From NCBI RefSeq assembly GCF_009914755.1, contig NC_060937.1: DNA of 64,000 bases; one strand, given 5' to 3'. Below, in pieces: positions 26,043 through 39,424 of this stretch (the first letter of the stretch is position 1; each line of letters opens with the position of its first letter). The translations under genes and the position numbers were made by a program. The notes beneath the pieces were generated by a model that saw nothing but the letters and a program-made list of their open reading frames with translations, searched no databases and was not told the DNA's origin. The stretch is from the human T2T-CHM13v2.0 reference genome, Homo sapiens.

Positions 26043-27275
26043 GCACTGGCATAAATTTAAGGTAAACAATCTATCAACTCGTTCGTGGCAACATCCAAAC
26101 TTAATAGTATGTTCCACTAGGGCTCTTTGTAGACCAATTGATGATTTACTAGCAGTTGAAAATATTAAAATGAGTTTATATGGTGCTAAAACTTAAGCAT
26201 TTTCTGCTTTAGGAAATAATGAAATATATATTATTGTTGTAATACAGATATTAAAATGATTGTGATGGGAGGAAAGCTAGGGGGCTATAATATCTATTAC
26301 AAGGCTCAGTAGAATTTGGCCTTTCATCCTATTCTTTAGTACCTGGGTCTGCGATAGGCACTAGAAGGTAGCATCGCGAAATATATTAAAACTCATCCTT
26401 GGTCTGTGGAAGCCTACCCTAAGCACTCCAAGGAAATTACATGTAAAACAAACTAAAATTACTCATGTTCGTTAACCAAAGTTTAAAAATAGAATCTCAA
26501 AAATAGGTCCACATATAATCATTTTAAGTTTGTTTAAATGTTTATTGCCCATTTATTATCTATTATTTGAGTACATTTGTTTAAACTTCTATTTATTGCC
26601 TATTTTAATTAAAAGAATGTATATAATTGTCTAAATTTTGTCATAGTTGAGAGTAAGCTGTTTTTGACAATCAAATTCTTAGCACTACACTGAATCTGTG
26701 GTGCAAAAGCATTATCCACATTAAAAAAAGACATTTTTCTACTATAGGCTCATTTTCCTGGATGTAATCAGGTTTTCAGTGGCAGAATTGATAAATGGTT
26801 TCAAGACAATGCAGATGGAAACAAAGACATGTTTATTTGTCACCACATATTGTCCATGTGGCCATAGCTAAAATATCTATCACATAAAAATTTCTCCTCT
26901 ATGACCATTCTTAATCATGTATATCCTGAATAGCAGTATCAATCTGCCCTGACACGCCACTACTTGTCTTCCCAGACCCCGCTCTGTTGATAGCATCTTT
27001 CATTAACCAGAATATATTGATGCCATATAAATGTCTGGTCACAAGTTCTCAACCTCTTAGGCTCCCTTATCACGATATGTTTATACCCCTTAGAGACCCA
27101 AGCACTGGCATAAATTTCAGGTAAACATCAGTTCGTTCATGGCAACATCCAAACTTAATAGTATATTCAACTAGGGCTCTTTGTAGACCAATTGATGATT
27201 TACTAGCAGTTAAAAATATTAAAATGAGTTTATATGATGCTGACATTTAAACATTTTCCATTTTAGGAAATAATG
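26043..27275. repeat. Spaced direct repeat: 26043-26221 and 27102-27275
   Basis: Copies align with one 5-bp indel and ~15 substitutions by hand count; 880-bp spacer. Confidence 0.95.
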
Positions 27276-28462
27276 GACTTAACAATATCTACAAAGAGAA
27301 CCAAGGAAAATTCCAGGTTTTAGTCTGACACTTAAGGAGCTTAGAAGTTGCCACTTCATCCTAACAGCAAGTAAAACCTAAACGAACTGAAAAATCAACA
27401 ACTTTTCTTAGACCAAAGAAGTAAAGTTACAGTGTAAACTACTATCCTGAATATTGAAAAGACAGGTGGATACAGAGAATCACAACTTACTGAAACAGTA
27501 ACCTACAAGCATAAACCTCCATGGGACCCAGTGCTAGGGTAGAAAAAAACCTAAATTTTAATTGATGAATTGCTGGAGGCTCAGTGTGGGCAAGTCTGAA
27601 AGTTAAAACTCCAGAGGACCCAGTCATAGAGATGATGCCCTTATATTTTGTGAGAATTACCTCCAAGAGCTGTACCAGGGACTCACAGAGAATACAGGAG
27701 AAAAATCTTCTACTTCCAGCAGGGGGAGGGGATAATTACCAATTGCAAACACCCTAGAGCATTCTGTTTTTAACAAGGTCTGACCTCAGGTGAAACTATT
27801 TACTAAAGCTTAATCATCTGAGGTCTTATTAGAGCCCAATCTACCTGGGGAAATAAAAATATCCAACTCCGGTCCCCTCTAGACATTCTGTCTTACTAAG
27901 GGGAGAAAAACTGAGGAGCACTGGTGAAGTTCACAGTCCAGTAGCAAAGGTTTGTGAACTACTGACAACCATAGACCCATAGAATGCTTCCCTTCCCCCA
28001 CAACTTCACACCACACCACTAAAGACCTATTAAGTTTCTTTTACTTAATACATCATGTCAGGATTTCAAAGAAAAAAAAATTAAAAACTACATACATACA
28101 TGTATACAAATGAGGCAAAAAAAAAAAAAAAAAGAAAAACCAAAAAACGCCATTTGAAGATACTGAACAAGCATCAGAACCAGAGTCAGATATTTTAGGA
28201 ATATTGGAATTATCAGACCAGCAATTTAAAACAACTATAATTAGCATGCTAAGAGCTCTAATGGAAAAAGCAGACAGCATGCAATGGATAATGTAAGCAG
28301 AAAGATGAAAACTCCAAGAAACAATAAAAAAATGCTAGAGATCAAAAATACTATAAGAAACGAAGAATGTCTTTGATAAGCTAACTAGTAGACTGCAAAC
28401 TGCTGAGGAAAGAATCTCTAAACGTGAAGATATGACAGTGGAAACAAATAAAAAAGAATTTG

Positions 28463-28908
<446 letters not shown>

Positions 28909-28978
28909 CTAAGAATTTTCCCAAATTCTGTTAGACCTAATGCCACAGATCCAGGAATCTATAAAAACCCCAAGCATG

Positions 28979-29361
<383 letters not shown>

Positions 29362-30395
29362 CTAGGCATATCATATCCCAATTTCAGAAAACAAAGCAAA
29401 AAATGAAAAAGCCAGAGGAAAAAATATACCTTACTTATAGTGGATCAAAGATAACACACTTAGACCAATCTAATTCTTGAAAAGTGTGCTAACAAGAAGA
29501 GAAATAAAGTATTTGAAATGTTGAGAGATAAAAACCAACCTAGAACTCTGTACCCTGCAAAATTATGTTTTAAAAGTAAAAAAGAAATAATTTCTCAGCC
29601 AAACAAAAATTGAGGGCATTTTTCCAGTAGACAATAAGAAATGTTAAAATAACTTCTTTGGACAGAAGGCAAATAATATAGGCCAGAAACTCAAATCTAC
29701 ATAAAGAAGTCAAGAGTATCAGAGAGTGAATAAGTGAGGGTAAGATAAAAATAATTTACTTTCTTATTTTTAATTGATCAAAAAATAAGTTTGTTCAAAA
29801 TTACAATAGCAATAATGTATTCAATTATGTATGCTTATGTTTGCATGTGTATGTGTGTATATATGTATATATATGATATATATATGCTTATGTATAAGTG
29901 AAATAAATGGCACAGAGAGGAATAAAGAATATTTTGTTATTATAAGGTACTTGCATGATCTATGAAGTGATATGGTATTTGAAAGTGGACTTGAATTTAT
30001 ATAGCAAACATTAAAGCAAAAACTTAAAAGTTTTTAAAAGAGTGAAAATTAAATAATTAAAGAAAAATATAAAATCATGTAAAATTAAATTAAATTAATG
30101 TAATATTAAATTAAATTAATACATTAATTTAATATTAAATTAAAACCACAATGGCAGGAAAAAGTATAAGACATATGGGAACAAAGAACAAGGGCAACAA
30201 ACACAAAACAGTAACAAATATGGTAGATATTCATCCAACTATATTAGTAATTACTTTGAATATCAATCATTCAGATGCATCAATTAAAATTCAGAACTGC
30301 CAAATCAGCTAAAAAAACAAGACCCAAATACTTGTTGTTTAACAAGAAATCCAATTCAAATATAAAGACACCTACACATTAAAAGTAAAGAGATA

Positions 30396-30700
30396 GGCTA
30401 GTCGTGGTGACTCCTACCTGTAATCCCAGTACTGGTAGGCTGAGGTGGGAGGATCATTTGGGTCCAGCAGTTCAAGACTAGCCTGGGCAACATAGTGAGA
30501 TCTTGTCTCTACAAAACAAAAAAAATAAAAAAATTTCCAGGTGTGGTACTGTGTACCTGTAGCTCCAGCTACTTAGGGATCTGAGATGGGAGAACTACTT
30601 GAGCCCAGGAATTTGATGTTGCAGTGAGCTGTGATTATGCCACTGCATTCCAGCCTGGGTGACAGACAAAGGCCCTTTCTTTGAAAAAAATAAAATAAAA
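30396..30700 (+). mobile_element. AluJ
   Basis: gcctgggcaacatagtgaga, cttgagcccagga, gtgagctgtgatt. Confidence 0.9.
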
Positions 30701-31494
30701 TAAAGGTATATACAAAATACATTATGCTAATACAAATCAAAAATAAAACACAAGTACCTATATTAACTTCAGACAAAGCAAACATCAGAATAAGGAAAAT
30801 TATCAGAGATAAATAGGGGCATTACATAATGGTGAAGGGGTTAATACACCAAAAAGATGTAACAATCCTTAACCTGCATGCACCTAACAACAGAGCACCA
30901 AAACACATGAGGCAAAAACTAATGAAACTGCAAAGAGAAAAAGATGATTCTGTTTCAGTTGAAGATTTCAAAACCCCGCTAACACAAGTAGGTAAGTCCA
31001 GCAGGCAGAAATTTAATAAGGACATAGTTGAACTCAATAGCACCATGAATCAACAGGACATAATAAAAATCTATCAATTACTTCATCAAACAAGAAAGGA
31101 CTTTTTTTTTTCTTAGGACTGCATGAAACATTTACTAAGATAGACCACATCTGTGCCATAATACATGGCTTAAAAATTTTAAGAATATAAATTATATAGT
31201 GTGTGCTCTCATACTTCAATGGAACTAAAATAGATCGATAACAGAAAAATAGCTGGAAAATTTTGAAGTATTTGGAGGTTAAACAACACCTCTAAATAAC
31301 ACATGGGTCAAAGAAGAACTCTCAAGAAAAAATTAAGAAGTATTTTGATCTAACAATAATAAAAATCAAATTTATCAAAATTTATGGGATGCAACGAAAA
31401 CAATTCTTAAATGCAATTTGATAGAATTAAATGTGTATGTTCAAAAAGATAAGTGTGCCATCTATCATCTAAGTTCCACCTTAGAAAACTAAAG

Positions 31495-31784
<290 letters not shown>

Positions 31785-33077
31785 TTAAATTACATCTAAT
31801 GTAAGAAGAAAAAAAATTAATGAAAATTCAAGGCAAAACTAATAAAATAGAAAAGAGAAAAAAACTAGAGAAAATAAGCAAAACCAAAAGTTTCTTCTTT
31901 AAAAAGATCGCTAGCCTTTAGGCAGGCTAATTAAGAAAAAAAAAAAAAAAAGACAGGACACATATTTCTAATATCAGAAACTTAAGATGATCCATACAGA
32001 TCACATGGACTTTAAAGGATAATAAAAGAATAGTATAATGAAATCTATGATCACAAATTTAACAACCTAGAGGAAATGCACCAGTTTCATAAAATATACA
32101 AACTGCAAAACTCACACGAGGCGAAATACACCATCCAAGAAGGCCTATATCTATTAACGAAATTGAATCAATAATTAATAGCATTCCAAAATATACCAGC
32201 TCATTGGTAAACTATACCAAACATTAAAGGAAGAAAGTAAGCCAATTTTTCTCTACAATGTCTTTCAGAAGGCAGACGCACAGGAAATATTTCCACCTAA
32301 TTTATGCTATGTGTCCAGCATTACGCTAATATCAAAACTAGACAAAGATACTGCAAAAACAAAAATATCTATGGACTAATATTTCACATGAAAATAGATG
32401 CAAAAATTGTCAAAAAATATAAGCAAATCAAAATCAACAATGTATTCAAAAACATAAATTTTGACCAACTAGGATTTATCCCAAGTATGCAAGGTAAGTT
32501 CAACATTCAAAAATTAATATAATCCATCACATCAACAGGCTACAGAAGAAAAATCACATGGTTATGTCAAAAAGTGCAGAAAGATTATTAGGCAAAATTT
32601 AACACTCATCTATGATAAAATCTCTCAGTGAACTAGTACTAGAGGGGAACTCTTTCAGCTTATAAAGAACATCCATGGAAAACTACAGCTAACTTTCTAT
32701 TTAATGGTGAAAGACTAAAAGTCGTCTGGCTGAAACCAGAAACAAGGCTAGAATGTTCTTTCTCACCATTGCTTTCCAACATCACACTGAAAGTCCTGCC
32801 TCATTTAATACGACAAGAAAAGGAAGTAAAACCGTAGTGACTCGGAGGGAATAAATAAAACTGGTTTTGCAGATGACATGATTGTCTACATAGAAAATCC
32901 AGAAAAATTGACCAAAAATAAAAAATTCTTGATCTAACAAGGAATTATAATGAGATTGCAGGCTACAAGGTTAATATACAAAAGTCAATTGCCTTCCTTT
33001 ATGTCAGCAATGAACAAGTGGAATTGGAAATTAAAAACGCATTACCATTCACATTAGCAGTCCTCAAAATTGAAATA

Positions 33078-33828
33078 GTCATGGACCACATAACAAAGTT
33101 TTGGTCAATGACAGTCTGCATATATGTTTGTGGTTCCATAAGATTATACTGGAGCTGAAAATTTCCCAATGCCTCATGACTCCATAGCTTTTGTAACAGG
33201 CAAGTGCAACTCATTATTCATGTGTTTGTGTTGATGCTGGTGTGAACAAAGCTACTGTGCTGCCACTCATATAAAAGTATAGTATAGCACAGGCAATTAT
33301 GTACAGTACATAATACTTGATAATGATAATGAACGATAGTAATACACTATGTTACTTGTTTATGTATGTAGGATACTATACTTTCAATTGTTATTTTAGA
33401 GTATACTCCTACTCGTTAAAAATTATTAACTCTAAAACAGCCTTAGGCAATTGTTTCAGGAGGTATTCCAGAAGAAGTCATTGTTATCATAGGAGATGAC
33501 AGTGCTATGTGTGTTATTTCCCCTGAAGAACTTCCAATGGGACAAAATGTATAGGTGGAAAACAATGATATTGATGACCCTGACCTTGTGTAGACCTAGG
33601 CTAATGTGTATGTTTGTGTCTTAGTTTTTTACCAAAATGTTTAAAAAGAAAAAAAAATAAAAGATTAGAAAAAACTTATAGAATAAGGATATATAGAAAG
33701 GATATCTTTGTTCAACTGTGCAATGTGTTTGTGTTTTGAAGCTAAGTGTTATTGAAAAAGAATTGAGGGTTTTTAAAAAAAAAGTTTTATAAAGTAAAAA
33801 CATTACAGTAAGCTGTTTAATTTACTAC

Positions 33829-33861
<33 letters not shown>

Positions 33862-34611
33862 TATATATATATTTTTTTTTTTTTGAAATGGAGTCTTGCT
33901 CAGTCACCCAGGCTTGATTGAGTACAGTGGCACAATCTTGGCTCACAGCAACCTCCACCTCCCAGGTTCAAGTGATTCTCCTGCCTCAGCTTCCTGAATA
34001 GCTGGGACTACAGAGGTGTGCCACCACACCCAGCTAATTTTTTGTATTTTTAGTAGAGACAGGGTTTCACTGTGTTAGCCAGGATGGTCTCGATCTCCTG
34101 ACTTCATGATCTGCCTGCCTTGACATCCCAAAGTGCTGGGATTACAGGCATGAGAAACTGTGTCCAGCCAAAAATATTTTTATAAATTTATTATAGCCAA
34201 AGTGTATAGTGTTTCTGAAATTTATAGTAGTGAATACTTCACATCACTCACCACTCACTGATTCTCCCAGAGCAACTTACGGTCCTGCAATCTCCATTCA
34301 TGGTAACTGCCCTATACAGATGTACTATTTTTTTATTTTTTATACTGTATTTGTAGTGTACCTTTTCTATGCTCAGTTATATTTAGATACACAAGTACTT
34401 ACCATTATATTAGAATTGCATCAGCATTCAGTATACTAACATACTGTGTATGCTTGTAGCCTGGAAGCAATAGCTATATCATATAGCCTAGATGTGTAAT
34501 AGGCTGTATCATCTAATTTGTATAAGTACACTCTATAATGCTACTATGATAATAAAATTGCATAAAGATGCATTTCACAAAATGTTTCCCTATCATTGTG
34601 ACACCTGACTG
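33078..34611 (+). mobile_element. Tigger3b/MER7-type (Golem) DNA transposon inserted at TA in L1 ORF2
   Basis: gtcatggaccacataac…ccataagattatactggagctgaaaa start and …cacctgactg end; L1 gaaaTA|cttaggtataaatct resumes on the far side; ~1.2 kb without the Alu. Confidence 0.85.
33872..34169 (-). mobile_element. AluSc8-like with (TA)n tail at 33829-33871
   Basis: cactgtgttagccaggatggtctcgatctcc with an S-type right arm. Confidence 0.9.
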
Positions 34612-35449
34612 TACTTAGGTATAAATCTAATAAAATATACACAAAATCTATATGAAGAAAACAAAACTCTGGGGAAAAATATCAAAGAACTAAGTAAATG
34701 GAAAAATATTCCACCTTTGTGCATAGAAACACTCAATATTTTCTAATTTGATTTATAATTTCAATGCAATTTTACTCAAAATCTCAATGTTATTTCATGA
34801 ATACCAATCAACTGATTCTAAAATTTATGTGGAGAGAAAAAAGACCCTGAATAGCCAAATTAATACTGAAGTAGAAGAACAAAGAGTGAGGTTTGCATCT
34901 ACCTAACTTCAAGACTTACTATAAAGCTACAGTAATACAGTGCGGTATTGGTGGAAGAAAATAGACAAATAGATCAATGGAACAGAACAGAGAACTCAGA
35001 AGTAGACTCACCTCAGTATAGCGAACTATTCTTTGACAAAGTAGCAAAGGCAACACTAGGGAAGAAAGAAAGTCTTTAGAAACAGATGGTGCTGGAACAA
35101 CTGGACATCCACATGTGAAAACAGAAATATATAAACATATCTTATACCATCATAAAAGTTAACTCAAAATAAACCACAGACCTAAATGTAAAATCCAAAA
35201 CTCTGAAACCCCTACAAAACAGCATATTATAAAATCTAAATTACCTTGGGTGCAGTGACAACTTTTTAAAATATGACACCAAAGGCATGATCCATGAAAG
35301 AAATAATTGATAAGGTGAACTTTAATAAAATTAAAAATTTCAGCTTTGTCCAAGTCATTGTAAAGAGAATGAAAAGACATAATACAGCCTTGGTGAAAAT
35401 ATTTGCAAAACTCAGCTGATAAAGGTCAGTACTCCAAAATACACATATT

Positions 35450-35494
35450 CACACACACATGCATGTGTGCGCGCATGCACACACACACACACAC
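35450..35494. repeat. 45-bp strictly alternating purine/pyrimidine tract
   Basis: cacacacacatgcatgtgtgcgcgcatgcacacacacacacacac. Confidence 0.9.
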
Positions 35495-35552
35495 TGTAAA
35501 ATGCAGCAAGAAGAAAATGAAAAACCCAATTTAAACAATGGGCCAAAATTGT

Positions 35553-35905
35553 TGATATGGTTTAACTGTGTCCCCGCCCAAATCTTGTCTTGAATTCCCA
35601 CATGTTGTGGGAGGTACCAAGTGGGAGGTAATTGAACCATGGCTGTGGGTCTTTCTCATGCTGTTCTCATGATAGTGGATAAGTCTCATGAGATCTGATG
35701 TTTTCTAAAAAAGGATTTTCCCTGAACAAGTTATCTTTCTTTGTCTGTTGCCATCCATGTAAGATGTGACTTGCTCCTCTTTGCCATCCAGCATGATTGT
35801 GAGGCTTCCACAGTCATGTGGAACTGTAAGTCCATTAAACCTCTTTTTCTCTATAAATTATCTAGTCTTGGGTGTTTCTTCAGCAGCATGAAAACAGACT
35901 AAAAA
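35553..35905 (+). mobile_element. THE1 solo LTR (THE1A-like, MaLR)
   Basis: tgatatggttt…tgtgtcccc…aagtctcatgagatctgatg…ccattaaacctc; 5-bp TSD attgt/attat. Confidence 0.93.
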
Positions 35906-37453
35906 ATTATTAACATATATGACACCAAAGAAGATATGGAGATGGAAAATCGCACATAAAAAGATGTTCCACATTATATGTCATTAGGGAAATGCAAATT
36001 ACAACAGCAATGAGATAGTACTACATATTCTTTCGAATGGGCAAGATTCAGAACACTGACAACATCAAATGATGGTAAGGATGTGGAGAAACAGAAGCTG
36101 TCATTTACTGTTAGTGGAGATGCAAAATTGTATAGCTACAGTGGAAGACAATTTGGCAGTTTCTTACAAAACGAAATATGTCCTTACCATAAAATCCATC
36201 AATTATACTCCTTAATATTTACTCAAAGGAAGTAAAACTTTTATCCACAAAAAAACCTTCACAGGGCAGCTTATAATGCTTTTGTTCATAATTGTCAAAA
36301 CTTCACAACTGATGCGACCACCATGTTCTTCAGTAGGTGAATGTATAAACTGTGGACCAGACATTGGAATATTATTTATTGCTAAAGAGAATTGAGCTAT
36401 CAAGTCATGAAGATCTCATGGAGGAATCTGAAATGTATATGACTAAGTGGAAGACTTCAAGTTGAAAAGGTTATTTGTTGTATGATTCCAACATGTTGTA
36501 TGATGTTCTAGTAAAGGCAACTATTGAGACAGTAAAAATATCAGTGGTTGCTAGAACTTAAGGAGGGATAGAGAGATACATAGGGAGAGAAAAGAGGAGC
36601 TTTAGGGAAGTAAAACTACTCTGTATGATACTACAATACTGGACACATTGCATTATATATTTGTGCAAATCCATAGAATATCCTACACCAAAAATGAAAC
36701 AGAATTTGAATGGTGGACTTCAGTGAATAATGATGTATCAATGTAGGTTCATTAGTTGTAATACATGATAGAGTGTATGTGGATAATGGGGGATGCTATG
36801 TATGAGCAGGGGAAGGGATTCATGGAAATCTCTGTACCTTGCTTCAGTTTTCCTGTGAATGTACAACTCCCCTAAAAAGTAAAATCTATTTAAAAAATAT
36901 ATATTTGAAAATAATTAATGCTGTAGTTTCTATTGGATGGCTATGCATAGAGACACTAAATTGGATGTTCAGCTTTTAAATAATAAAATATAGTAAATAT
37001 TAAAAATTAATATATTATTTTATATGAGAAATTACTAGAGTTAAATTATTAATTATCATAAAAAGTATAAGCTCTCATTCTATATCTCCCATTTTAAAAT
37101 AAGTAGTCCAAGAAATTGTCTTATTTTACAATAATAAGGTTTAAATGCTTAAAGAATATTTATTTTGTTATGTATGCAAACTGTAATAGTTAACACTTTA
37201 ATATTCATTTTGAAGTTTTCTTAGCATAATGTATTTAATTATGCCCATGAGAAATGTTAAAATTTAAATATAAATATCTATGTAATTTTAAGACAGCATT
37301 AACATTTCTTACTACTATATTTTATGTAGAATTTATTTATATCATTGATTAGTATCATTTAATTACATTATTTTTCACATAGCAAAAGTTCATAAGAATA
37401 TAAGAATCACAACATTGATTCAATACATAATAAATCCTGTCAAGTATTTAAAG

Positions 37454-37870
37454 TGTTAAAAAATAAGACCAGTTAAATTTAACAAAGTTTATTGAGCAAG
37501 AAATAGATTCTAGAACCAGGGAGCATTCCAGCACTAAGACAGTTCGAAATGACTCCCTGCCCAATGTGGTAAACCATATTTATAGCCAGAAAACAGGAAA
37601 TTACATACACAGATTACCTGATTGGTGCAGTTCATGGCTGACCTTATTTGGACAGAATTTGGCAACTTTCAACTTTGGATTGGCTGAGGGTTTGGCTGCT
37701 GTGATTGGCTGTGGTGCTGTTGCTTGATTACCAGGGTATAGTCATAAGTTTGGTCACAACATATTTACACATCAAGTTAGGGTACAGTTCACTGTATACA
37801 GAGGCCATTAGGAACAATCTTTATCCCACAAGTATAGAGACAGGTTTAGGCCAAGTAACTCAATTTAACA
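37454..37870 (-). mobile_element. ERV1 solo LTR (MER57/MER67-like)
   Basis: TG…CA ends (tgttaa…ttaaca) with perfect 4-bp TSD aaag; minus-strand CCAAT x3, TATAAATA and AATAAA in LTR order. Confidence 0.85.
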
Positions 37871-38961
37871 AAAGTAAGACAATTTTACCAAAGACTATTT
37901 TATGTCATTAAAATATTATTCTCCACAATCATAACCTAAGAGTTCAAGATATTTGCCCAAAACACTTTTATTCTTCCTATTAAAAATCATACTGTACCAT
38001 AGTATATTTTGTATGTTTACCATTTCCTGTAATCATGTATTTTATTATTTGTTAAGTATAGCTCTTTTTTCTTTGACTAGGATATCATTTTCTACATCTC
38101 TAGAGAACAATCTAAACAGAACATATTATATCCTCTTTTGCTGAATCATGATTGAGAATCACAAAACCAACAACATGACAAATTTGCATGATTCTTGCTT
38201 GTCTATGTGTACCTGTGTAAAATTATCTGTCCTTTCTTGTCTCTAATTCTATGTGCATTTTCATAATTGTCTTGCTTATAGAATTTCTTTCACATTTTTT
38301 GAAATGACATATGTGAAAATTCAATTAGTAACGTGTGATAATACTAATTCAAGACTAAATCTATGATGATAATGTAACCAACAATATGATCAAGTATATT
38401 AACATATCATTGATTGCTTTCTTATATTCCAAGAACTAGAATGACTATACCTATATAGATCATGATGCTAGTGTGGTGTAAATTAAAGGTACAATTTAAT
38501 TCTTCATTTTTCTGCTATTTTCTTTCCTTTTCCTTTTTTTTCCCATCTTTTTTTCCGGTCTTTTTTTAAAGTATGATTTGTAACTGCTGGAAATTTCTTC
38601 TTCAATGGCTGATTTCAGCAAGTCACACTAAAGTAGACTTCCACTGTTCTGAAAAAATCGAAATGAAGACTTGTTTGTTGTCCAAGTGTAAATCTTCACC
38701 AAGCAGTAAATATATGAACATTGAAGGCAGAATTCAGATTTTAAAATTTGCGAAGCAATGTCAGAGTTGTTTTTACGTTTGAAAATTCAAGATCTAGACC
38801 CCTTCTTTGATATTAATGGAACCCAGTATGTGCTTCATTAAAGTATATCAAAATTAGTTCACATGGAAAGCAGAGGCTATAGCAAACTGACTACTGAGTA
38901 GGAATCTGACACATGACCCACGTCTACTTTATCATTGTCATTCTCAGTTAGATGTTATTTG

Positions 38962-39085
38962 CTCCCAAGCTTTATAATGAGGAAATATAGCTATGCATTT
39001 AACCACTTAAGTGAATGCTCCAAAGACACACAGCTACTTAGTGGCAGGTTGGCAAGCCTGAACTGACATTAAAACCTATGATTTA
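38962..39085 (-). mobile_element. MIR fragment
   Basis: aatgaggaaa…ttaagtgaatgctccaaagacacacagctacttagtggcag. Confidence 0.7.
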
Positions 39086-39098
39086 GAAATCTACCCAG

Positions 39099-39392
39099 GG
39101 TCGGGTGCAGTGGCTCACGCCTGTAATCCCAGCACTTTGGGAGGCCGAGGTGTGTGGATCACCTGAGGTCAGGAGTTTGAGACCAGCCTACCCAACATGG
39201 CAAAACCCCGTCTCGTCTCTACTAAAAATACAGAAATTAGCAGGGCGTGGTGGCATGTGCCTGTAGTCCAGCTACTTGGGAGTCTGAGACAGGAGAATTG
39301 AGAATTGCTTTAACCCGAGAGGCAGAGGTTGCAGTGAGCTGAGATAGTGCTTACTGCACTCCAGCCTGGGTGACAGAGGGAGACGCCATCTC

Positions 39393-39421
<29 letters not shown>
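39099..39421 (+). mobile_element. AluSx/Sz-like
   Basis: Full dimer with long poly(A); TSD aaatc(ta/cg)cccag. Confidence 0.93.

Positions 39422-39424
<3 letters not shown>

Noticed and set aside
27190-27245. TGATGA…CTGA resembling C/D snoRNA boxes in the second direct-repeat copy
   Set aside because: Only ~50 nt between boxes, no convincing terminal stem, and the D box is absent from copy 1.
26043-27275. Direct repeats as LTRs of a novel retroelement or as a CRISPR-like array
   Set aside because: Only two copies, with no TG…CA ends, TSD, PBS/PPT or coding interior; eukaryotic context with no cas genes.
38500-38782. Long pyrimidine tract followed by AG and a 69-aa ORF
   Set aside because: Weak AAG acceptor, no good donor, no recognisable peptide.
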